From Balanoglossus misakiensis (Eukaryota > Animalia > Hemichordata): DNA of 64,000 bases. Position 1 is the first letter of the stretch. Each line of letters opens with the position of its first letter. Shown here in pieces: positions 24,201 through 37,400 of the stretch. The position numbers and the translations under genes are program-made. The DNA is taken from contig CM082576.2 in assembly GCA_040954595.2 (NCBI GenBank), forward strand, positions 1,772,760 through 1,836,759. Reading direction: 5' to 3'. Under the pieces are notes generated by a model. That model was not told where the DNA came from. It saw only the letters and a list, made by a program, of their open reading frames with translations, and did not search any database.

Positions 24201-27200
24201 TGTTTCCCAGTGGTGGCTTTTCCTCTTCATTATGGAAATATCCACATGCATACACCCACAACATTCCTCCTGTAGCATGCTCTAGCACCAGATAGACAGA
24301 CGTTTCTGTTTCATAGTACTTGTGGAGTTGAACCATGTATGGACAGGTTGTAGGGATCCGATTGGCCCTGCTTTGACTTGGCATGGAACACTTGTGTAAA
24401 ACCTGGAAAAAGATACAAGAAACTGACCAATACTTGAACAACAAAGACACTATATCTGACTCAAAGTTACGATAATACACGCATATTAAAGAGAACCACA
24501 TTGCATTCTCAACAACAGATACCAACAGATAAGAAAAACACTGGTGTGTCTTACCTTAATGATATATGTGTTGTACGATGTTGTGTCTAGCACCAACATG
24601 ACCTTATCAACAATTCCTAAAACTTTGTAATTCTTCATTTCATCCAGTGAACCCCGTAAGTAAGCTGTACCTGGATCTAATTCAATGGGGATTGATGCAC
24701 TCTGAAATCAAAATATAAATGGCCATTCAACATCTGTATATTACCGGTACAATCTATTCTAATTGTTGCCTTTTTTTGAGAGAGAATAATTCATCGTTAC
24801 TTACCTCCCATCTCCTAGCATTTGTAGCTTCAGCAGACAAGTGTTTGTTATAGATATCTTCAGCTTTCATCAGATACTGAGCAGTTTTTCTTCTGACTGC
24901 TTCTCGTCTTGAACGGTTATTATCCGCTGAAAAACAGAAAACCAGACATGTGCTTGTGTATATGAGAGCAGTTGTAATAATTCGTCACTGCAAGCAGGAG
25001 TTGAATTTTGAATTATACATGCCACATACATGTACATACTGGAGTATTGAAGTGAATTATGACACTTACCTACAACACCTTGCAGTAAAATATTCACTCC
25101 AACTTTGTAAAATGTAAAAGCGGCCTCATAATTTCCATTCGCTTCATTCTCCAATGCTGCACTGATTTGATTTGCTGCCTTAAATAAGTAATCTTCTTTA
25201 CCCCCTAAGTCCATGTTTGAAACACTTTCATTGGAGAATTCTGATGAACTTCTATCCCTTTCTCGAATAGCCTTCTTACTAAGAACAGACTTTCTGGGGG
25301 AATTGGTCCGACTGTCACTGTCAGATTCAGATAAATTAATTGATCTCTTTGCAACTTTTGTCTGTGCCTTGATACTATCCAGGTATATCTTTGCAGCAGA
25401 CACAGGTCTTTTGTCTTTGTCTAGTCTATTGTGTTCAGCCAGGGATTCTTGTGTCAAGACTGATGATGAATATCCACTGGTATCTAAGGCTTCATTTTCT
25501 GTGTTATGTTGGGCGAGTTCACTATCAGTATTGAGTGGGACAGAGTCCATTTCATCTTCTTTCTGAGATACTGATGGCTGAGAACAAGTCATTGTGATGC
25601 CAGCATCATCACTTGAATGATCGTCCGACTCTTGTGAGATTTGATCCAACTCAGCACATGCATCCATGGCTTGAAATAACCAGCTTTTACTTTGGGCAAG
25701 AGTGGGTGTTTCATTTGGATCTGTGAAAATAACAACAAAGCGTTATTTATAGTTTTGGAATTTGGACTCAATATGTAAACCAACACCAGAAAAACAGCAG
25801 TAGTAATGAAGCGAAGAGAACAGCACAGGCCAAAAGAGAAACACCCAGTCTTCTAAATTAAATATCAATATTAGAATATGAGACACCTTTTTTATTTCAA
25901 ACATTTTGTAAATAACATAAACATACATGTACATAAACTATCAAATTTAAATATGTGAGTCAATGACAATAACACTTTCGATGGCCTCCTCTACACTTAT
26001 TGATAAAAGATACAATAACATATCTCTTGCAGAAAGTTGATGTTTAAATTTTGACTGAAAATACCTCATAGTGTATGAGAGTGCTAAGCTGAAAATGAAT
26101 GAACAGCAAATCTTGTCTAAATTTAACTACCTTTATCGGGAGCGTATGGATCAAAAATTGTGAGATCTTTGATTTGTGGCAGTGGTGTGGTAGGCATAGA
26201 ATCCTCATCTGTAAAGGTAGTATGATCATCATCATCTGTGCTACAACTGATAGAATCATCCTGAGCTTGTCGGTGTAACCAAACGCCACCCAGAGTTGTA
26301 CCCATCACATCATCACTTTCAGCAACTTCTGCAATGTTTTCTGTAGAACTGGTCTGACTAGACGCCCTGGTAGAGGACTCATCAGTTGCACTACTTGGTG
26401 CTGCTACAGAAAGTGGCATAACTGGTTTGGGTTGAATGGCAGGTGGAGGTAGAAGTCCAAGGTCATGGTCAGAGGTCACTTGTTCAGCCCCCTGTTGATA
26501 AATACAAGAGTTTACAGGCGATGTCACAGGCTGAGTTTGATTCTCAAAACATACCACTGAGCTTTCCATGCATGCAGTCATTCATGACATGCAGCAATCA
26601 TAAGCTGTGATAAGATGATACAATATCCTCTTTCTGTACTCGACATTTTTAACATTGTGATGTCTACACACCTCAAAGAATCCCTGAAATGATTTGCTAT
26701 TGACAATGGGTTGGAATTCTGCAGCAAACTCCAGAAGCCGTAATGCACTTTGTCTTCTTTCTTCAATAACTTGATCATCAAAGCGACCTAGAGAATGCAG
26801 TGACATACAGGTACACAATTAACATTCTTTCCTTGATAATAATCCAAGGATCAAGAGCCTGGGTAAAGACAATTTCAAACACAACTGAACAAGGTGATCC
26901 ACTGATGCAGTGTCTCCCCTTTGTCAATAGAGATTTACATGCACTCTATTGCCTATGGCAATTTTAAACACAATACGTTCAACATCAAGGTACCATTTTC
27001 AGTATCCAGTGATCATCTATGCTGAAAATGCAAGCAAATTTTGCAAAATGTATCTTGGAACAACACTTAAAAGATGATGATCCTCACCAAAGAATGTTGC
27101 TTTCGCAAATTCAGGAAACTTTTCTGGTCTTCTCAAATTATAATGTAATGTCCTCAAAATTTTGTGTAATTTCTTGAAATCATTGTATCTTTTCCAAATA

Positions 27201-28621
27201 ATGTACTGTCAGAAGAAGAAAAAACAAAGCAAGTTGATTGGTTAATAAAGTACTGCATATGCATAATTCAGTGAAAAGTGTCATCTACATGTGCCTCAGT
27301 ATTTTCAAAACTGCTCATGTTTTGACAGGTTGTAAACATGGGGCTTAGGCCAAATGTCATCCCAAAATTAGTAAACAAAGTTTGGACACTTATTGAGTCA
27401 TATCAACCAAAGATCCCGTCTGTATCAAAGAATGAACATCAAAACAACAACAATCCAAAGAAGGTCCAATTATATCGACCATGAGATCAGACTTGGAAAA
27501 TGTGCAAACACTCATCTGTTGCACTGTCTGGGTTTCTTACCTCTGCTGCATTGTCTGGGTTACTTTTAGGAGCAATCTGTAAAGAAATGTGAGTCATTTA
27601 CTAATTATTCACAGCAAGCTGAGCTATAAGTCTAGTTGCTGATACAAGTATTCATCTAAATTCCCCCAGTTTATTTCCTAATTTGACCTTTGAATACTAA
27701 ACCAACAGTAATACTACACCGTACACGCATCTCTGAAACTGAGTCTGCGATTTCCATTAAAGTTGAAATTAATACACAAAATGATAATTATTTATTCATA
27801 AAACCAATAGTTTCCATTTTCACATGTATAATGCAGCTCGTATAATGTCAAAGTGCAAATATAAGAGGGAATTTTTAAAATTCATGACACGGTTGGAATT
27901 TACCTCAGGGTACTCAATTGCAATTTACATATCACGACTTAGTAGTGTTGAAGTCGATTAAAACCAAATATGACAAAACAGCTGACTGTTTATCTTACAT
28001 TTTTTTCCAGATTACAGCCACTATATTGGGAGGTACAGTGGTTGCCATGGCAATAGTATAATGTCACTATGTGTACCTAGGATTTCCACATTTTATAAGG
28101 AGTTGTCTTATCTTAACTAGACACCTGACAGGATTTCCTATATACAACATGTACAATATTGAATATCTCTCAGCTGACAGCTTGCAGTTGCACTGTAATC
28201 GGATCTCTATTCTATAATTTATTTATTTGTCAAACGTGTATGCTTTTGTTTTTTTTTCTTCAATAAACCAGTATATTTACAGACAAAACGCGTTCAAAAT
28301 AAACAATCATCTTCTTCATAAATCAAACGGTCACCTCAAAGCAAAGCAGAGTGGGGTCACTCTACCCTTCGTACGTGGACCCCTATAATATCATCCTTTG
28401 GAGGAGGCGGGTCATGACCTCATTCATAGACATCACATATTGGTCACTTGCCCTCTGTGTTTTATCAATCAGCTTATCAGATCTCTACAAACTTCGATGC
28501 CCAAATTTTGTAATGAAATACTTACCCTATACGTGACTTTATACACTGTAAATCCCTTTTCGTGCTTAGTCGGATCCGAAATATCAAACGTACGGACCAT
28601 CGGATCCTTTTTCGACGCCAT
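21280..28621 (-). CDS. RPS6KC1: Ribosomal protein S6 kinase delta-1-like: PX domain, MIT domain, split pseudokinase with a long acidic insert
   Basis: PX start MASKKDPMVRTFDISDPTKHEKGFTVYKVTY and FDDQVIEERRQSALRLL. MIT segment DYLFKAANQISAALENEANGNYEAAFTFYKVGVNILLQGV. Kinase halves PYMVQLHKYYETETSVYLVLEHATGG and CRDLRPENILL...LTYF...YAAPEV...DWWSLG, ending IKSHPFFFGVDWNKLKG* (TGA at 21280-21282). Confidence 0.93.
21759..21852. mobile_element. piggyBac-like MITE (~90 bp, TTAA-CCC...GGG-TTAA)
   Basis: ttaa(a)ccctttcacc ... ggtgagagggttaa. Related copies occur at 825-884 and 58065-58130. Confidence 0.7.
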
Positions 28622-28958
28622 TTTGGGAAATTGGAGACTGAAAGTGAGGCTCGTGCCGCAAAGAGTTCGAACATTTATTCTCGTCGAACGTAATTTTGTC
28701 AACGTCAATTAATAATTGGTTAAATGTTGGCTAAACGTAACTTTAATCTGTAGCTTCTGTTTTGAGTTGGAAAGAGTATTTACTAGAGTTCTTAATCACA
28801 TAATTTGTGGTATAATTAATGTCGTAAACGAATTTTCACCCTTTTGCGGTATCCCCCGGCATTTTTAGAACGATGACAGGGCCAGGGAAAGGTGACGGTG
28901 CAAGTTTTGTTCGAGATTAAACGTTATCATCCTCTTTGTGCACAACCAATCAACAACA
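28622..28958. promoter_or_regulatory. Bidirectional promoter/5' UTR region between RPS6KC1 and ARL2
   Basis: Divergent ATGs only ~340 bp apart, with local CpG enrichment. Confidence 0.7.
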
Positions 28959-30520
28959 ATGGGGCTTTTAACAATATTGAAGAAGATGAAACAGAAGGAG
29001 AAAGAACTACGGCTGTTAATGTTGTATCCTCATATGCAATGTAATGCCTCAATGTTTACAGTTGACGCAAGTTTGCAGTTTCCACACTAACACACTGCTA
29101 TCGTGGGATGGAGGTATGAATGCAGTGAAAAGTTACAACCCCGCACGCAACATATTGCCAAGAATTATGATCTGAATAGACATACTCAGCTCAATTTTTA
29201 AGGGGTGAATAGGATAAGTTATGATACATCATGATCATACTAGCACATAGTATAATTGCATGAATATACTACAGAGAGACATCCATGTTTACAACACTTT
29301 GACAATGAAAATTACATTCCTTGACTTGCAATACCTCTACAGAGGTTTAGATAATGCTGGCAAGACAACCATTTTAAAGAAATTCAATGGTGAAGATATT
29401 GATACGATATCTCCTACACTGGGGTTTAATATCAAAACACTTGAACACAGAAAGTAAGTATTTGTTGGGAAAATTTATTACCTTTTATTTATATTTGTCT
29501 ACCATAATTTTTTTCCATTCTCATCTGCTCTTTCTGCAGTAGATCACTGTACTGGTAATATTGTACATTGTAAGATAATATGTTTTCCATGTATGGTATC
29601 AGTGAAAGGGTATCTGTTTATTTTTAGTTTCAAGTTAAATGTTTGGGATGTTGGTGGGCAGAAATCCTTGAGGTCATACTGGAGGAATTATTTTGAAAGT
29701 ACAGATGGGTTGATTTGGGTTGTAGACAGTGCTGATAAAAGAAGATTACAAGATTGTAAAGAAGAACTATGTACATTATTGTTAGAAGAGGTAAGGCTTA
29801 TGTTAAATGTGAAGGCTACAAGACTAATACCCTGATTTGATGAAATCATGTCTGTTCCAGTGAGACCGTCATAAAGTAACCAATCAGAGTGACTTGTGAC
29901 ACAAGTGTTAAGTGAGACAAGATCAATAAGCACACAGAACAGCCTTGCTATTATTTTTGATTTCATTATATTATAAAATAATTGAACAAAATTGCCATAT
30001 CATTCATTCCTTTTTAATTTTGAATAAATTACCTCAACAGAGATTGGCTGGTGCAACATTATTAGTATTTGCAAATAAACAAGATTTGCCAGGTGCGTTA
30101 CCAGCAGACGAAATAAGACAGGTAAATAATCTCAAATAAATCACCTTATATTATTCACTCAATATGTTTTCGTTAATGGCTTTCCTAAAGTATTAGCCAA
30201 TAGCAGAACATAGTGATGGCAATGTCTGAGTTGAGTGTTCTCCCAACATGATGAGATTCATTTCTAGGGGTAAAGGGATTGGCATTTGCAGGTCTGACAG
30301 TCACTGATGCCAAGACTGGGACAAACCTAACCAAGCAATGTATGCAAACATGGGTATTAATGTTATTTTGTGTTCTTGATTTCAGGCATTGGAACTTGAC
30401 AATATACAGTCACATCATTGGATGATATGTGGTTGTAGTGCAGTGACAGGAGAGAAACTGTTATATGGTATTGATTGGATAATAGATGATATTTCATCCA
30501 GAATATTTACAATGGACTGA
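28959..30520 (+). CDS. ARL2: ADP-ribosylation factor-like protein 2, 184 aa. Exons 28959-29023, 29343-29453, 29628-29790, 30041-30121, 30386-30520
   Basis: [31 protein letters not shown]...[31 protein letters not shown]...FANKQD...SRIFTMD*. Exon lengths sum to 555 nt. Confidence 0.97.
29024..29342 (+). other. U12-type (minor spliceosome) GT-AG intron, ARL2 intron 1
   Basis: 5' site GTATCCTC. Branch-site-like TTCCTTGAC at 29317-29325, 18 nt upstream of the AG. Splicing restores the conserved M-L-G-L-D-N. Confidence 0.85.
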
Positions 30521-31197
30521 CTCACCCTTCTTCATCTTTGTCATTGTTGTAACTTGTATTAGTGTTGTTTGTCTGCCAGAGTTGTGTATTCCTAACAGAG
30601 ACAATGATGTCATTTCACCTAGTCATGTGGTGTAATGACGCACACAACAGCTAGTAATTCAATGAGATAAATAAAAAACCCTGTTGATGTGTTTGGCTGA
30701 TAGTGTGCACTGGCTGCAAACTGCCATTCACCCTCTTCTCATGATAAATAAATAGTTTTACTTTGAGGGAGACATCAATGTTTGCAGCAAAATATGTATT
30801 ATAATTAAGCTCTTGTGTTTTTGTGAATAAAAATATGACAAATCTAATGGTTTTAGCTTGTCTGGTCTGTTTGAGTGAAACAGGGTATATTTTCCACAAT
30901 TGCATCACCACACTTTCAGAAATGCAGTCATAGATTAGGATAGTGTCCATATTATTTTACATATCAACCAATACAATACATCTTCTTGATACATTGTAAA
31001 TAGTCTAAAGGCACTAACGAAATGATCTATAAATGTGCCACTAAAAAATCGTTGGGACAGACCAAATTTTAGAGGTGAGACAGTTCCAGTGATATCACTG
31101 GCAATGATTGGGACAAAGAGATTAAAAAATCAAATAGCAATCCCTGTTATGTCAAATGTTTCTTTTATTGCTTTGTAGTCAAATCAAGAGTGCAGTG

Positions 31198-31324
31198 CAA
31201 TTTGATTCAACTCAGATGTAGGGTACGATGACATCTTTACTTGTGCTGTGTAGTATTTTCTCTTATACTGTCACCTCACACTGCCGTATAAAAGTAAAAA
31301 GACATTGTACCCTACATCTGATTG
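31198..31324. mobile_element. MITE with imperfect long TIRs and a 10-bp target-site duplication (Mutator-like by TSD length)
   Basis: GAGTGCAGTG at 31188-31197 and 31325-31334 flanks CAAT...ATTG. Internal cagatgtagggtac pairs with gtaccctacatctg. A related copy lies at 50076-50168. Confidence 0.7.
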
Positions 31325-32054
31325 GAGTGCAGTGGTACATCAGTAGTCAGAATAAGATTGATATCCATAGAATTGTCCAGGCAGAACATTGAAGTATTGC
31401 AAACATCACGGCCATGAAGTCACCATCCTCAGATAGAAAGGTTTCACAGAATATCAAATCCTAAATTTCAGGGGTTAACACATGTACACTGTACAATAAA
31501 TATGAATGTCCCTAAGACAAGAGAGTTGTTTTTGACTTTGACAACTTCATAATGAAGGGTCACTACCTTTGAAGGTAAATAGATCATTGCTCTTAATAAT
31601 CTCCTCTCCATGCTGGACAGATGTCTTTTAAAAAACAGATCATTCAGTTGGAAATTATTGTATCATTATCAAATATATTCACATTCTTAACAGTTTTCTG
31701 CATAAAGACAAGACCAAACAAACAAACAAACAATACCAAATAAGAGAAATCAGAACATCTACAAATTCATAGTTATTGATCACCCATCAAATTCCTCTTG
31801 TGGTACCTATTAACATTATAACACAACATTTTCATTTGTCTTGCATCCAACATTTAACTATCAGTGAAAATTGTTAGCAAACAGGGCTACATGCAGACAA
31901 CATTCTTCTTTCAAAAATAACAACTGTCATGTAACACTTAAACATGGCAACAATTGTGGGGAAAATCTAAATTTTGTAAGTAGAAACATTGAAGCATTGA
32001 AAGTGTTTGGTTTGTCATGCAATGTTTTTCTAGATTCTGAAATGCAAATTTCTT

Positions 32055-34446
32055 TTATGATGCAACAACTTTCTTGTCTTCTCGTACAGCTTCCAAGTTC
32101 TCATCTATCATTTTTTCCCGATGACTCTTCTCCACCCAAGCAGCATCAACTACATTTTCCCGTTTCAAGTTCAGTTGATCTGCATTTGCCACACTGGCTT
32201 TGTTTAACCGTTTTTGTTCTTGTATCTTGCTGATCACAGCTTGCGCCTGCCTTTCCCGATCTTTGCGGATTTGTTCCTTGTTTCCAAATACCAATTCACT
32301 GGGAAGATAATTATAAAAAGATGAAGAATTCCAAAATTGAGATTCGATTTGGCCCAGATTATTGGTTGAAGAGTGAAGAGAGGTGGAATTAGACAATATA
32401 CTGAGCAAAGAGTTGCAGATGGTATTGTGAAGGAGCTGGTATGCAATTGAATCGATTGACGTCAATGATCTTCAAATCAAATCATCTTTACACAGAAAGT
32501 AAAACTTGACATGGAATAATGTGCAATCAGTCCAAAACACTGAACTTTAAACACACAAGAGTCAAGTGATAAAATAAGAAATACACAATGTTTTTATTGC
32601 AAGTGTTAAAATACATCCAACCAATCACACACTTCATAAAATCTTTCACACTTGTCAACCAGGTGTACACTCAACTACTATTCAGATTTTATTGATCACT
32701 ATCTGGTGACACATCTTCCATTCTCCCTGTCATCTCTATTAGTTTGCTACAAAATAAGAGAGAAGAAAAATATTTGACTAACAGCTGCCCTATAAGATGT
32801 GTCCAGACAATGTGAAATTTCCTATACTAGGTTCATAAAATGCCGAGAGAAATGGTTTAAGGACGTAAACTAGAAAACTGCGCAAATTTGTGCGTGTTTG
32901 TCTTTTCCCATAGAAGTTCATTGAGGACATCAGATTGTCAATCGCACCTACCTGTAGTCAATTTCCCCATCTTTATCCTTATCAAGGGTATTTATCAGTG
33001 CATCCAGCTGGGATTCTGTCAATGGGATATTTGTACCCTGAAATTAAGAAATGTTGTCATGTATATAAATTGAAATGATATGAAGCAGTTATTCCGTAGA
33101 ATATTGGGATTTGAATCATATGTACTTATCAAGTTGCTAGACTAGATTTACTCACTCTGGGCTGATAGTTGTGTGGAGTAGATAAAAAAGTAGAATAACA
33201 CAGCATGACCAAAATTGATCTTACAAATGTCAGCTATGTCTCCTAGCAACCCTAAACAAAACATCACTTGACACTGATCTTGTAACAGAACAGAACTATT
33301 ATATCAGCATATTTACCTGTATGCCTTTTTTAAACTCTTCTTTGGACACACTCATACTTTTATCCTTGTCAAATCTTTGAAACAAATCCAGGAGTCTCAG
33401 ATTATTCTTCTGGACATAATCTATTAAATGAGCCATAGGATCTACTATCCTTTTCTTTTGTTCAATCTTGTCTTTGCTGTATCCACCTGTGCCACCATGC
33501 TCTATTTTCAGTCCTGGTCTTTCTTCAAGAATCTCCTTCAAGATATCTTCAAATTCAATGGTGATCAAGATATCCTGAATGAACGAACAAATGAAGATAT
33601 AAATAAACAAACAAACCAGTCTTTCAAGTGCATGTTCATCCGTTCATCCGACCTGGATATGTTAATTTTCCTCAAATTAGAAAGATATTTTCCTAGAACA
33701 ATAAAATTTTGCAATAAAAGTTGAACACTGTCTCACCGTTAACCTGATGTCCATAATTGCACTCTGTGGATTATTTTTAATTGCTAGAAGCAAAGTCAGC
33801 GCTCCAGCTGCCGTAATGGGATTCTTTCCGATCTGAAGAAGTAAACGAAGAAAAAGAAGAAAAGTTACAGCTGCTGCTGATATTCACTGTATCTAAGGAA
33901 GACCGGTACATTCAGATACTGTTTGCATAGAAATGTAACACAATATTAGTCCCTGGTGCTTGAAAAAAATTCTTTCACCATAAGATTTTTTTATGTAAGC
34001 ATCAATGTCTAGTTTTGTAATAACAGCACTCACCCTAAGAATTTTCAAAGTGTCGTTTTGTTCCAATCCCTTAGATATTGCAAGGGCGCCCTCATTGGTG
34101 ATTCTGTTGTTAGTTAAATCAAGGTCTAGTAACTGTTTGTTAAACTTCAAAGCTTGGCCCATTGCCAAAGCACCCTCATTGCCAAAACCATTCCACGACA
34201 AGTTCAGCGTTCTGATGGAGTTGTTTTCCTAAAAAGTATAATTGACTGTTGAGTTATATAAAATTCACAGTATGATTGGTGATAATGCTTGACACTTGCA
34301 ATTACACTTATAGTACAATCAATCATACATACATACATACATACATACATACATACATACATACATACATACATACATACATACATACATACATACATAC
34401 ATACATACATACATACATACATACATACATACATACATACATACAT

Positions 34447-34479
<33 letters not shown>

Positions 34480-37400
34480 TAGAATAGTAAAACTGCTTAT
34501 AAATATACTTACTGCCATAGCTTTGCAGATGGCTATTGCTCCTCGCCGCCTTAAATGGTTCCAACTCAGATCTAACAGTTCGATGGTATCATTGGATGCT
34601 ACATGGACAAGTAGAAAATAAGAGGGCAGAAAACAATATGAGCAACATTTCAACAAAGGAGTCTACATCCACCAAACAGTAAGACGATATTGCTCATAAT
34701 TACAGACACCAGTGTGCATAAGTCTTACCGATGGCTTCTCCCAGGAATTCACCTCCTACTTCTGAAAACTGGTTATGACTGAGAATGAGTTCTTTTATCC
34801 TGTAGTTACTCTGAAACAAATAATTCAGATGTTTAAAACATAATACATTCACATACACTAGTATTAAAAATAACTTAACCTCAATATGTATGCTAAGTAC
34901 TAGTAGTTCTACAAGGAAAAAAACAATGGATGTGCTGTCCTACCTTGAGAGCGTTGGTGAACGGTTCTGCCTCTTTATCGCCAAATCCGTTACCTTCAGG
35001 AAAATAATATGTTTGTCAATACATTATTTGAGCAAGTTGAACAGATATGAGTACATATGCAAGTCTAAATATTGCATATAATATTGCATATGTCCATATA
35101 TAGTCAAAAATACTTAATGGATACTAGCATTGCATGCCTGGTCCCCAGATAACGTTAATTTACGTCATAATATTGCCGTTGGTGGCGCCTTAGCCATGTA
35201 GGCAAAGTGATTGTAGGTGAACGCAGACAAGCTTTTCACCATGTTCATGAAAGTAAAAGATGTTATTTGCAATACCTGACAGATTGACTCTTCGTAGAAT
35301 CGTGTTACTTTCAAGCATACTTCCCATTGCGGTAGCGCCTAATGATCCAAGTTTATTTGACGCCAAATTCTGGAAATGAGTGATGGAGAGACAGGTATTA
35401 AAATATATGATGTGTTGGGACTAGGAATCTTATACTTTGTTCATCAGGTCTGTCGAATATTCTCTTGTAATAAACCAGTCATTTATGTATTTATCTTTTT
35501 GAATTTGGTTGCAACTGGTTAAAGCTGAAAGAACCGCTAAAACGCTTAAACTCACAATTTCTGAAACGTAACAATTTTCTTTCAACATATCAGCGATGTG
35601 TTTTCCTCCTTGTCCTTCTATGCAGTTGTCTTCCAAATCTAAAGAAATGACCGATGTATTCGTCTGCAAAGCGAACAGAATAAAGAATCAATCAAGCGAA
35701 ACTGTTTTTTTTTTCATTCGGTTCCTGAAACGTGGAGTTACTTTATTTGTATTAAACAGAAAAAAATATCATATTCAAACACATTGCTGATTATCAGTCT
35801 CTCGCCAGGGGCCGTATTACATGTATGTGAGATGTCGGCAGCGTTACGTTTGATGATGTGTGTGGTCACACAAAGCATCATTCTTTACGATATTCACAGA
35901 AAACAAAGACTTTTCTTTTTCGCCCACAGTCATTCCAGAACTGGCTATTCTCATCAGATGCAACTTGAGCAGACTTACCACGAGTGTGATGGCAATGGCT
36001 TTTGTTCCAAGAGGACCCAATCCATGGTGTTTCATCCGAATCTTGTAATCTTGAATATGTCGCAGAAAATACGATACCGGTACAATTCCGTATTCCTTAC
36101 ACATTTCAAGATACGTCGTCCTGCCGGTACTGTCGAAATCGTCTTTTATGTCATCTATGTTACATATACAAAACATAATGTTTTTTTTTCTTTTTGAATA
36201 TATCAAATAAGGGGGTGGTGTTTGTACAAGTAAATACTTCTAACATTTGCAACAAAATAAACGTTATTCGAAACCAAGAAAACGTACATCCACACTAATT
36301 CACCATGAGCTTTCTTGGGTTACGATTTTTTTTGTCAAACCAATAAAATTATCCGCCCATTTGATCAATCCATATGGTTGAATCTGTAGACATTTCCATG
36401 TTGTCTTTTCCAAATGGAATCGATACCAGACTTTTTATCGCTCAGGTGTGACATAAAATCAGCTTCACTTTCGCAAAATCGAATCATTTCTATCTATTAC
36501 CTTCAATTTCCAAATCGGTGTCCCAACCACTGTCGCTGTCAACATCTGTCTTCACCGTTGTGTTGTCCATTTCATCTTTAGGGACGTCCTCATCCGCGAT
36601 TTCTTCTTGGCTTGGAGAAGAAAAGTCTCTGGTAGGTGACCTACTGTAAAATGCTCTGCCCAGCTGTGCATTGGGCATCCCTTGGACAATTTCCTGATCA
36701 TTTGCCGGTTGGTCAGGTGATTCCCCTGTCGTGGACGAGCGGCCTCCTTCCTCGTCTCCCTGATGTAAATAATCACAATGTAGACCTATTACAATATTGT
36801 TGTTTTTTTATCTTGAGTTGGCGACGAAAGTAGACCGACACAATCGTGGCAAGTGGTTATGCACATTGTACAGTTGTTTGTGTCTATAGAAATGCCCACG
36901 TCAACAAATATTGTCTTGGCAGCGGCAGGTGTATCTAAGTTCCATTCTTATTTCGACTAGTAGTTAGAAACGAACGATCCATTGCGTAACCTGACAGGTC
37001 CTTCAAGAATTCGGTCTTTTAAACTTAACGACCTATTCATTACAAGCCTAAATTGCTAGGATAATGTGTTTCATCATTATGTTTTGTGGCCTTTACTTGT
37101 TATTCATGGAGAGGACACTGAACGCTTCTTTTACCATGTTTACGGTTGTACCTTGGAATATCCAAGTTTGTTCACGGAATTAATTATGACAACTGATGCG
37201 CCCTGAACAGTTTGGCCAGGTACATGAAGCATGCATATTGCGCTGTAAACATAGGCAAAAATCAAATATTTTTGTCGGAAAAAAAATGGACTAGTATGTT
37301 CTGCAAGTAAAAAAGTATCAAGTCAGTTTTGTTTTACCTCATTCAAAATTTATGGGAAATGGCTCATACAGATTATATTACATAGGCCTACATTCTATTA

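Noticed and set aside
21849-24660. RPS6KC1 as a pseudogene because of missing GxGxxG, HRD and DFG motifs
   Set aside because: The reading frame is intact, and these substitutions are the normal pseudokinase state of this family.
22448-25566. Several + strand ORFs of 66-168 aa
   Set aside because: Antisense shadows of the large Ser/Asp-rich RPS6KC1 exons, with no independent splice or domain signal.
34204-34656. ORFs with (MYVC)n, (YIHT)n and (CMYV)n repeats
   Set aside because: These are translations of the intronic (CATA)n microsatellite.
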